A DNA stretch of 63,098 nt, filler included. It is 12 parts of 12 records of this genome, joined end to end, with 100 filler letters (N's around TTAATTAATTAA, not from the genome) between each part and the next. Parts side by side here need not be neighbours in the genome. Positions count along the whole stretch, not along the records: positions 49,284 to 53,151 come from SRR7504441_8799; positions 53,252 to 56,565 come from SRR7504441_8801; positions 56,666 to 59,938 come from SRR7504441_8805; positions 60,039 to 63,098 come from SRR7504441_8808; 8 more parts are not named here. One strand, given 5' to 3'. The translations under genes and the position numbers were made by a program. Shown here piece after piece: positions 50,109 to 60,045 of this stretch. Each line of letters begins with the position of its first letter. Position 1 is the stretch's first letter. Below the pieces are notes generated by a model. The model was not told the DNA's origin and ran no database searches. It saw only the letters and a program-made list of their open reading frames with translations.

Positions 50109-52897
50109 ATGCCTGCGGGCTGGCACACGTACAGCTGGGGCTCGGTGTCCAACGGCACCCTAGGGTACGACGACCTGCCGTTATCGACCCCGGAGCCTGA
50201 CCGGCGCCAGCCTCACCCGCGCGAGGTGCCCGGGCTGCGCGGCACCGCCATCACGCTCATTACTTCCTCTGAGCACTTTTCGCTGGCCGCCTCCAGCGAC
50301 GGCGCCCTGTACTCATGGGGCTATGCCGACTTTGGGCGGCTGGGGCACGGGAATATGCCGTTACCGGTCGAGGGCGAGTCGCCTGCCGGGCCGTACTTGC
50401 TCGCCCCGGACGGAATCTCGCCCTGGATCCCATCCCCGAAGAGGGTGATGGCGCTGGCCGGCCAGGCTGTGATATCCATCTCCTGCGGGCTCGAGCACGC
50501 CCTGGCGGCCACCCGGGAGGGCCGGCTCTACTCGTGGGGCGGAGCTATTTACGGGCGGCTCGGGCACCAGGATGGCGTGATAGATCAGCTGCCGATTGAC
50601 GAGGAGGGCGGCTCGTGCGTAACGGACGGCCCAACGGAGAGCGAGCGGAGGGCAGGTACTTGCCGACCCCGCGGGTGGTGGACGCGCTGCTGGGTAAGGC
50701 GGTGGTTGCGGTTGCCTGTGGCGAGGTTCATTCGCTGGCAATCGCTGAAGGTGCCGCCGGAATATTATTATTACTGATTACTGTTTATCAATGAGGGCTC
50801 ACCGGGTGGGGGCAGGGAAAGTATACTGCTGGGGCTGCGCGTCGTACGGCCGGCTCGGACTGCCGACCGACCGACTGATCACGCTGCCACGTGACGAGGA
50901 CGACGAGCAGGTGGTTGCCTAATTAGGCAGGTGTGACGTCCCGCAGTTTGCGCCTACGCCGATGGAGATTCCGTCGCTAACGGATATAATGCACATAGGG
51001 TCAGGGATTCTGCACTCTCTGGCGGTGTGCAAAGCCGGCAAGGTATCTGCGCGCGGCTGTCGGCGGTGTGCAAACCCGGCCAGGTATTTGCGTGGGGCTG
51101 TGCTTCGTTTGGGTGTCTGGGACTCGGAGGTGAGCCCATAGCACACATGGAGAAATATGAGGACGACGAGGTCCCAACGGCATTTAACGGCATTCTAACG
51201 GACGTGTGGGGGGCAGAGTGGGCCGTACCAGCCGACGCCGATGCAGGTGACGGCGCTCGAAGGCGAGTTTGTGGTCGCGGTCGAGTGTGACGAGGTGTTG
51301 CCTAATAAGGAAGCTGTGACGTCCCGCAGGTCCACTCATTGGCACTCACTAAGCAAGGAGCGGTATTCGCATGGGGATGGTGCACCCCCCGGCCAGCCCC
51401 CTCTGAGCCAGCCGCAGCGCTAGCTACGGGAGACTTGGTCTTTCCCAAACAGCTGACTGTAGCGGCCTCGCGAGCTCGGAACTAGGAAGCTTCGAACCGG
51501 CGCCGCGACGGGTGCCGGGCCTAACGGACATCCAGGCGGCTTCACTGGCCGGTTGGTGGGTGACGGCTGGTCTAGGCAATTGTGTGTGGGCGGGCGCACT
51601 CGCTGGCGCTGACTAGAAGCGGGTCTGTGTACGCTTGGGGGTCTGCGGATCACGGGAGGCTTGGCATCGAGTCCCAACTGTATTCTAACGGCATTTTAAC
51701 GGTAATGTGGCAGGTCGAGCCCACCGGACGAGCCGGAGGCATCGCTCCAGCCTAGCCCGGCCCTGGTCTCCTGCCTGGACGGTGAGGGCTTGTTTTATAA
51801 ATATATTCCGTTATAGAGTTGGTTGGTAGGTGGTGTGGTGACGGTGATCGGGTGTGGGTACCGGCAGTCATTTGCAGTGCAGAGAGTCGGGTGGGTCGGG
51901 TGGCTGCGGCCGCTGAGCAGGTGGCAGCTCGGAACTGGAGACGCATCTCGGCGGGTTGATTAATGCACCAGAGTTTGCGGATGTGGCGTTTGTTTTCGAG
52001 GGCGGGTCCAAGGTGCTCGCACATAGGTGCATCTTGGCCGCTCGGGCACAATACTTTGCCAAGGTGAGCACATGCTGTAATTGTTATGTATAGTACTCGT
52101 TATATGCTGCTAGTATCCGAGCTTGGCGGTTGGTGTAGTGTTTCAGCTCGTAGCACTGTGCTGCTGCCAGTAGTATATGGTACTAGCATTTGGGGGCGCA
52201 GTGTTTCAGCTCGGCGATGCTCGAAGGGAGCAGCACAGGCCCGGTGATCGAGCTTCAGATTGCCGTTAAATGCCGTTAGGTGCTCGAGCTTCAGATCGCG
52301 GAGGCGGCTGAGACGGATATGCGAAGGCTGCTTCACTGGCTGTACACGGGGGAGGTGGCACCAGGACAGGGTCGGAGCGATGATGAGAGTGACAGGTGAG
52401 CCTAAGTGAGGAGCCGGAGGCGGCGACGGAGCAAGCGCTGAGCCTACTCCGTCTGGCGGACAGGTCACACCTTCTCGATTAGGAGATGGCATAGCTTAAC
52501 ACCTTCCTGATTAGGGAATGAGCTGTGACCGGTCGCAGGTTTGTGATTGTGCAGCTCAAGCACCAGCTCACGCCGCTGCTCACCGGCCAGCTGAGCGTAA
52601 CCAACGTCCTCACCGTCCTGCAGGTGCCCCAGCCGCATCCCAACCGCCATCCAACGCGTGTGTACACAGGCCGCCGACCATTTCAACGCTGCCCAGTGCC
52701 GCCGGGCTGCCATCGACTTCATTCTGGTCCATTTTCAACAAGTCAAGAAAGCCACCCAGTGCTTCGTCCAGCTGGCCCGATCCCCCGAATGCGCGCACTT
52801 GCTCTCGGAAATATTCCGGCCGTTAGAGTCGCCGCTCCAGAGCCGGGCGGCCGCGCACGACCAGGCGGCGCTCAGTGTGCCGCCTGGGCACGTATAG
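50109..52897 (+). CDS. RCC1-repeat + BTB/POZ(-BACK) protein, about 15 introns
   Basis: Repeats LYSWGYADFGRLG, ISCGLEHALA, ACGEVHSLA, VFAWGCASFGCLG; BTB LAHRCILAARAQYF..FSSAMLE..LLHWLYTG..LLRLADRF. Confidence 0.88.
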
Positions 52898-53484
52898 CCC
52901 GGCTGGTTGCTGTCCGAGAGGTTTCACAGATAAATGCGCAGCTAAATTATAGTAAGCGACTCGTAAGCGACTCGTGCGATCCAAACAAAGCATGAATGGG
53001 GCTCGGGTTGCGCTTCCATTCTAGCTACACTCGTCTGTACGGTACCTGATTTATTAGTCGAATTTCATATTAATTAAGCACTTACACACGGATGTATACC
53101 ATCGCTAGCAAGTGAGTAGGCATGTTTATTGAGTCTTCATGTCTACCCGACNNNNNNNNNNNNNNNNNNNNNNNNNNNNNNNNNNNNNNNNNNNNTTAAT
53201 TAATTAANNNNNNNNNNNNNNNNNNNNNNNNNNNNNNNNNNNNNNNNNNNNCCATTTTCCGGACCAGACCGTATGCTGACGACCAGACCGGGACCAGACC
53301 GAGCCCACCCGCGGCCGACGGAGGGCTCGGCAGGGCCGGGGCGCGGCTGGGCTGGTGCCGGATGGGCCGCCGCACCACCCCTAGCCAGCTCCACCTCCCC
53401 GGAACCCACGTTCCGCCGCCTTCTCCATCTCCGCTTGAGAGCACCGCCATCGTCGCTTTCTCAACCCCGCTTATTTTTACTTTG

Positions 53485-54519
53485 ATGGCGCAGGCGAACA
53501 CCACCAACACAGACGACAGGGCGCCGCTCACGCCGCAGATGACGCCGGGCTCGCGCGCCCCTGCCGAGTACGCGACCACCCCGGAGGTGCTCAACCAGAC
53601 CCGCGCTACGGTGGCTCCGCCATTGGCGCCGGACGATTTTGGCGGCGTGGTGACGCGGTTGGACGCTCTGCTGAACGTGGAGAGCTTGCTCGGCAAGCGC
53701 AAGTTCGAGGCCGAATCGTTCGCATCCAGGGCGATGGCCAGCTTGGGTAAGCACCAGCTCATCCCGCCAGGCGGGGTCGAGAGCCCAGGTGCGGGTGCGA
53801 ACACCGTGGTGGTGTACAACCGGCCCACGGTGGGCGACGAGCGGTTCTTCCTGGATCCGAGGAGCTGGAGCGCCTCCGGGATGCGCGGGTTCAGCGTGCC
53901 CAGGTGCAGATTCGACGAGATGGTCAGGCGTGGCTACATCCCGCTCAGCATCTCGCACATCGGCCCACACCAGGGGAGCCTGCCGGACCCGGTGCCACAG
54001 CCGGACATTGATCGGTGCGAGGAGCAAGCTGCGGCCCAAGCGGCCAGCCCAGTGGCTGCTGGACAGCTTCCGGGCCGAGTGACCGTCCCCCGGAAGCTGC
54101 CCAGCTGCCAGGAGGGCATTGCTGGGACCGCTGCCGAGAAAGTCGTGGACTGGTTCGAGAATCAAGTGACGCGAGATGGGCGCGTCTACAGCCCGATGAG
54201 GCTATGGAGCGAACGCGCGCGGAAAGCTGGGCGCGGCACGACCGATGCGCCGATTGAGCCCTTTGACGCGGCAGCCGATGGGGACCAATTCACGAAGCGC
54301 TGCAAGATGTACATCTGGATCTGCACGAAGATCAATGCCGGCGAGTATGCCAACCCTGCCGAGATCAAGTACACCTACGCTGAGTTGAGACGGGACCAGA
54401 TTAAAAGTGTAACTCCAGCAACCAAGCCGGAGGAGATACTGGCGTTGAGCGATAAGTCAATTTGGGCGTGGGCGTCGCACCTTGCCAAAGCCAAATTGGG
54501 CCACCCTAATCCACCATAA
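53485..54519 (+). CDS. Accessory ORF of the YR element, possible GCR1_C-like DNA-binding C-terminus
   Basis: Intronless 344-aa ORF, NLS-like GKRK, Trp-rich VVDWFEN..PMRLWS..QFTKRCKMY pattern (pattern recognition only). Confidence 0.5.
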   Translation: MAQANTTNTDDRAPLTPQMTPGSRAPAEYATTPEVLNQTRATVAPPLAPDDFGGVVTRLDALLNVESLLGKRKFEAESFASRAMASLGKHQLIPPGGVESPGAGANTVVVYNRPTVGDERFFLDPRSWSASGMRGFSVPRCRFDEMVRRGYIPLSISHIGPHQGSLPDPVPQPDIDRCEEQAAAQAASPVAAGQLPGRVTVPRKLPSCQEGIAGTAAEKVVDWFENQVTRDGRVYSPMRLWSERARKAGRGTTDAPIEPFDAAADGDQFTKRCKMYIWICTKINAGEYANPAEIKYTYAELRRDQIKSVTPATKPEEILALSDKSIWAWASHLAKAKLGHPNPP

Positions 54520-54680
54520 TCACATTCTCAATTCCAACACATGAACTGCAATATGAAATCTAAAGAGATCAAATTGATTTAATTAACTCGAGGCATCCAA
54601 CCAACTCAAATTAACTCATCGATCTAACAGCCCACTATAAAGGCATCTTCGCACTGAAAGATCGGTCATGAAATGAGCGA

Positions 54681-56410
54681 TCACATGAGTGATCGCCCGT
54701 CAAAGCTCGGGGTTGTCGAGGGCTTCCAGGGCCAAAGTCCCCAGATTGGATCTGCAATCGTCCGGCCGTTCGGTCCTTCCGTCAGCCTTCCTCGGTCGGC
54801 GCAACCTGAGACCGTGCGAGACAGGTCAGCACGATGAAAATTAGCAATGTTCACCTTCAGCATGGTAATTAGCGCACTCGTCTGTCTTCTTCCAACGGCC
54901 AATGTTCTTGACATCTAGGATCGAGGCCCCGCACCGTGCAGCCCACTGGCACCCAGTACGGCGCAATGTGTGCGGTGTGCAGCCATCACCGTGTACAAGC
55001 TGATCATTTTCAGGCCGTGTTTTATCAATGTGTGCAGGAGTATAAAGCTTGGTCACTTGAAAGAGCCTGGTCAGATTACCTTCCCATCGCTCCTTGGAAC
55101 GAGCCTTCCCTTTGCCATTCTCCAATAAAATTGCTTCACTTGATGAAGTAATACGAATGAAAATTGGGCCTCGTTTGATCCCAGAAATTCTCAACCAAAG
55201 AAAGAACCACGTGACTGGACAATAGCGAGCGTTTACATAATTCCTGTGCACTCGTAAGCGATATACCTTGTCCGGTTTGTTCCGGAGTGTCTTTGATCTG
55301 GTTTTCCAGTTCCGTAAGCCAATCTCAAAGAACTTGGGCAGGCCATCGGGGTCCCAGAATTGCCTATCCGGCAGCTTGCAATCTTCCAATAGCGGGCAAA
55401 AGGATGTGAGTAGGCAAGGCCGAGCCATGAGAACGAGGCTGAGAAGAAACATAGCCCAAACCTGAACTGAATACTGTTCACACCACATGCTCATATGAAA
55501 TGTCGCATCGAACAACTTCGGGAGGTCTTGGCACATATCAAGGGCCTTGGTGGATTTGTTGCCATCGTCCGCCTCCCACTTTTTAGCGAGTTGCATCAGG
55601 CCAGGGTTGTCATCACAGGGGGTTTTGACATGAAACTCTCTACACGTGGCACTCATCCGACTCAAATATGAACGAATTGCACCACCTTTGTGTGTAATAG
55701 GAAGATTTGTGGTTGGGTGCAAAGGGCCATGATAGTCACAACGCATCGCCTTAAGCCAGCCCTGGAATAGAATGGCAGGGGGGGCCCTGCATGATACATT
55801 CAAGGCCCTAGCTTGGGTAATTTGTTCTTGTGATATCGGCTCGTGAGTTATAACTAGGCGCAGGTCTGTTACTAGCCATTGTGTCCAGGCAGCTCCTTGC
55901 GACCCAGAGCGGTGCCTAGCACCCCAAGCATCAGCCTAATCCGCCTAGCGCGCACCTCTCGTAGCAGTAGCGCTCGAAGAGGCTCCACCCGCGGATGCGT
56001 TGATCGTGAGAGTCGATCGGCGCCTGTTCCTGCGCGTCCTGTACGGCTTCTTCGAGGTGCTGGTCGCCTTGAGCATCGGCCCGAGCCTGATCCGCGAAGC
56101 CAATGACCCGGCCCCAGCGATGCAACACGCTGTCCGGCTCGTGCGGCTTGTACTGGGGCGAACAGATGTGCCAAACCACCTTATCCGGGAGGCCGCCGGG
56201 CTGCGGCACCACCTCCTTGCGGCGGAACAGCATCAGGGCCTTGCCCCAGCTCACGCCAATCTGGGCGGGGGCCCGCCTCCGGTCCTCGTCGTCCTCGAAC
56301 GGGTCGAACCCGGTCAGCTTGCGGCGCCTGCAAGCGCGGGGCGAGTCGTCGTCCTCGCCTGGGGCCGGGTCGCACTCCATGGACGGCTGGTCCACCCGCT
56401 CGGCCGACAT
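54681..56410 (-). CDS. Tyrosine recombinase (Crypton-type); exons 56410-55956, 55915-54855, 54805-54681
   Basis: Catalytic set R (LMARP), K (NWKT), HxxR (HTLRR), W (GRW), Y (ANYH). GT-AG introns of 40 and 49 nt fuse three ORFs in frame. Confidence 0.85.
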
Positions 56411-56859
56411 CGCCTGCCGCCCGGCAATCACCCGGGCGAGATGCAGCCAGCCAGCCGCCGTTGCCTGCAGACTGGTCCGGTCCGGCAGGCCGGACCGTCC
56501 GGTCCACCCCCCCTGGATCACTGTCGTGATCCACTGTACTGTGTACTATATAGAGGCCTTTTCCGNNNNNNNNNNNNNNNNNNNNNNNNNNNNNNNNNNN
56601 NNNNNNNNNTTAATTAATTAANNNNNNNNNNNNNNNNNNNNNNNNNNNNNNNNNNNNNNNNNNNNAGTTCTCGTGATCGCCGTACAGCGGGGGCCGACTC
56701 AGAAACTGCTCGGCCGGCGCTTGCGGCCCCAGACCGGCCCAGAGCATCGCCCCCGTCAGATTGCTTGATCTACATGTATCGCCCGCCGCCCCTCACCCCT
56801 CAAGTGTTGCCATGATCAGCCTCGGGAGCAGGCACGCGTACGTTAGAGCAAAGGCGGCG

Positions 56860-58283
56860 ATGGCAATGCGCTGCTCAGGGTTGTACTTGACCTTCGCGCT
56901 CTGCTGGGCAGGATGCGCGGCTCAGCTGGTGGTTGTGGCCCTGGGACCGTACGGTGGGGTGCTGGGCGGCAGCACGACTGGCTTTCTGCTCGCCACCCAG
57001 AGGGTGCCTAGCTTCGTTGCGCTGGATGCTGGCACCTTGGTGACCGGGGTGATGGCCATGCTTGGCCGTTACCAGGAATGCCCACAGAGCTGGTTTCCTG
57101 CCGGGCCCGCCGCAGCGGCTGATAGGGCGCTGGCACTGGTCACCAGCAGGCTGGAGGGCGCCGTGCTTACCCACGCCCACTTGGACCACACAGCGGGGCT
57201 GGTCATGGCGTCACCCGAGCTGCGTGGCAAGCGGGTGGTCGGGAGCAACGCCACACTCAGCGCAGTCCAGAAGAACCTGTTCAACAACGAGGTGTGGCCA
57301 GATCTGGCTTTCCCCTCTCCGACGGCCATCCTGCCCGCCTCACTGGCCGCAGTGCTGTACGAGCAATTCACGCTGGGTGGCGGCAACAGCTCCAGGTTCG
57401 GCCAGGCCGGGCTATCTGTGCTGTTCGGATGGCCGGTCTCGCATACCGAAGCCACTGCCGCGTATCTGGTCGGGACGGGGCTAGACGGCCAGACTATTCT
57501 GTTCTTTGGTGAGTGCCCTGCCGAGCCTGCGTGAGGCGGGCAACAGGTGACAACGGGCCGGGCGGGACGCTGGGCGGGGGCTCGGAGGAGGCCTGGCTGG
57601 CTCAGATGGGCACCGTGTTTGAGGAGACGTGCAGTGCACTCGCGGCTGCAGGGGGGACGCTTGTTGCTGTGTTTCTTGAGGTCTCTTACCCCCTTGGTCG
57701 AAGCCCACACTCGCTGTTCGGGCACCTCACGCCGGATCTTGCCACTGCCGGGCTCCGGAGGGCATGCTCAGCCTGCGGTTCAACGCTGGAGAACACGCAC
57801 ATGGTGCTGATCCATCGCAAGCCTGTGTTTGGAAGCACCAGCTCCTTTGATGAGGCTGGGAAGGCTGCAATTGAGCAGGCGATGTCCAAGGGCCAGTCAG
57901 CCGCCGAGTTGATTCTAGAGCAGTTCAAGGCCACGGTGTCAGGGCCCGGCAGACCGACGTGTTTAAATTCGAATTTTGCGGCGGATTATCTCCATGCCCC
58001 TGAACAAGGGCAAATCATGGAACTGTCAGCGGCTCCGGGAGGCGATCTGGCGCCGTGCCCATCGCAGAGCGGCTCATCGCCAGGAGGAGGTTCCGATACT
58101 GAGTACAAAATGGCGGTCGTGCTGCTGAGCTGCTTTTTATTTCTCACGACAATTGTGGCGGTTGTGCTCGGTGTGCAGAACTGGAGGCAACAAAAGAAGA
58201 TGTATCAGCTCATTTCAGATGCAAAGGGCAATGGGATGGACCTTGGGGCTCCCTTACTTGAAGAGAGCTTGATGAGTTCTTGA
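56860..58283 (+). CDS. Class II (metallo-beta-lactamase fold) cyclic-nucleotide phosphodiesterase with signal peptide and C-terminal TM; intron 57509-57546
   Basis: LDAGT, THAHLDH..GLV, LFNNEVWP, FFGD, LFGHLTP, IHRKP; TM MAVVLLSCFLFLTTIVAVVLGV. Confidence 0.85.
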
Positions 58284-58465
58284 CATGAGATTAGACGCTC
58301 AATAAACTCGTGTGAGTACATGACCTATATTGTAAGCTTCTACATGTAGCTTATTGAGTACCGGCACGAGTTTACGTAGCTAGTTAATTTAGACAACTGT
58401 CATGATCGTTCGGTTGAATCCAGAGCAGCTGTTGGCAAAGCAGGCGCTTAGGGCCGACCGCTATG

Positions 58466-59713
58466 TTACACTGGCAGGTCCTCTACTCGAATCATGGTTA
58501 CCCCTTCAGTCAAAATCGGCCGAATTCGTGTCTCGGGAACGCTTGCAGTGACCACCGCCCCTTCGTGCTCCTGCTCCACACCTATCCCAGCCCGCGCCAA
58601 TCCCACCGCCACGCCCTCTCCTCTCAGATAGTACCGGCCCACCCGATCGTCGATGCTGCCAAACTGCGGCACAGCATCAAGTGTAGTTGCAGGAACCCCA
58701 AACACCGGTACAGCTTTCCCCCTTGCCACGTCCATTATATCAGCCACACAGGCGCTTGCTGTCGGATGGGAGCCGGCCCCCGGCCCCTGCGCGAATACTG
58801 GCCCGACAAAGTCGCCCACCACCATCAACCCGTTCAGCACACCGTGCGTTCCGCCGAGTGCAGAGCTTTGGTCGATGAGAGCTGGGTACACTCCTGTGAA
58901 CAGCCTGCCATCCTCCAGCCGCGAGACTAGCCCCAGCAGCTTCAGGCTCCAGCCCATCTGCTCGGCCCGTCGCACGTCCTCGCTCTGCACTGCCCGAATC
59001 CCCTCGACGTACACCTTATCCAGGCAGGGCACGGAGCCGGTCGCCACTGCCGCCACCAGTGCGGTCTTGTGTGCTGTATCTACCCCGTCGATGTCTAGAT
59101 CTGGGGGATTCTCTGCGTACCCTAGCCGTTGGGCCTCTTGCAGCACCTCCGCGAAGCTGTGTGGGCCGGCGGCCATCGTGCTGAGAATGTAGTTGCAGGT
59201 ACCATTCAAAATCCCGGCGGCAAAGCTGACCTGATTGGCGGCACATCCCTCGCGCAGCCCCCGAATGCAAGGGATCCCGCCGCCCACTGCCGCCTCCCAC
59301 CCGATCGAGGCTCCCGACCGCTCGGCCGTCAGGGCCAGCTGAGCCCCATGGCTGGCCAACAGTGCCTTGTTCGCGGTGACCAGATGTATCCCGCGCGACA
59401 GAGTTGCCTCGGCCACCGCCAGGCTGGCGTCCGTCCCGCCTAGCGCCTCAACAAGCACATCGAGCCCGGCCTCACCAACCATGGCCACTGGGTCGTCGAA
59501 GTAGACCTGTTGCGTCGCAGGCAGCTCAGCCGGCAGTCGGGGCCGCAGCGAGCTCAGCAGCTCGGCCGGGGCGGGGTTTCGATCGGCCACGGCCACCAGC
59601 TCGATCGGACGGCCGCATCGCTGCTCGAGCAGCTCTCGCTGGCTCGCGAGGATCCGAGCCACTCCGCTCCCGACAGTGCCCAGACCGGCTAGGCCCACCC
59701 GAAGCACCGACAT
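58466..59713 (-). CDS. hom: Homoserine dehydrogenase, bacterial type, intronless
   Basis: GLAGLGTVG, VTANKALLA, EAAVGGGIP, GILNGTCNYIL, AQRLGYAE..DIDGVDTAHK, GPGAGSHPTAS. Confidence 0.93.
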   Translation of the reverse strand: MSVLRVGLAGLGTVGSGVARILASQRELLEQRCGRPIELVAVADRNPAPAELLSSLRPRLPAELPATQQVYFDDPVAMVGEAGLDVLVEALGGTDASLAVAEATLSRGIHLVTANKALLASHGAQLALTAERSGASIGWEAAVGGGIPCIRGLREGCAANQVSFAAGILNGTCNYILSTMAAGPHSFAEVLQEAQRLGYAENPPDLDIDGVDTAHKTALVAAVATGSVPCLDKVYVEGIRAVQSEDVRRAEQMGWSLKLLGLVSRLEDGRLFTGVYPALIDQSSALGGTHGVLNGLMVVGDFVGPVFAQGPGAGSHPTASACVADIMDVARGKAVPVFGVPATTLDAVPQFGSIDDRVGRYYLRGEGVAVGLARAGIGVEQEHEGAVVTASVPETRIRPILTEGVTMIRVEDLPV

Positions 59714-60045
59714 GGCTCAGTTTAACGGCATCCAACAGTCGCATCTGCAGAATGTGGGTCGTGGGTATACCATCCCTCAATCGACTCTTATACTGATGGA
59801 CCGTTATATCAACTGCACATCTGACTCACCAACTGTATCTGTCGATACCACCATGTCCTGAGTCTAGCACACGAATATTACACGAATGTAGTCTAAAATA
59901 GCAAGTTATGATACACTCATGATAACATGACAAGTGTANNNNNNNNNNNNNNNNNNNNNNNNNNNNNNNNNNNNNNNNNNNNTTAATTAATTAANNNNNN
60001 NNNNNNNNNNNNNNNNNNNNNNNNNNNNNNNNNNNNNNCTCACCC

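Larger units (their letters stand above)
53252..56565. mobile_element. Crypton-like tyrosine-recombinase DNA transposon (two convergent genes)
   Basis: Intron-containing YR gene, no RT/RNase H in the contig, accessory ORF, GGACC-rich subterminal repeats. Confidence 0.68.

Noticed and set aside
54841-55803. Phage integrase or bacterial contaminant; DIRS retrotransposon
   Set aside because: The gene has host-style spliceosomal introns, and no phage genes or RT/RNase H are in the contig.
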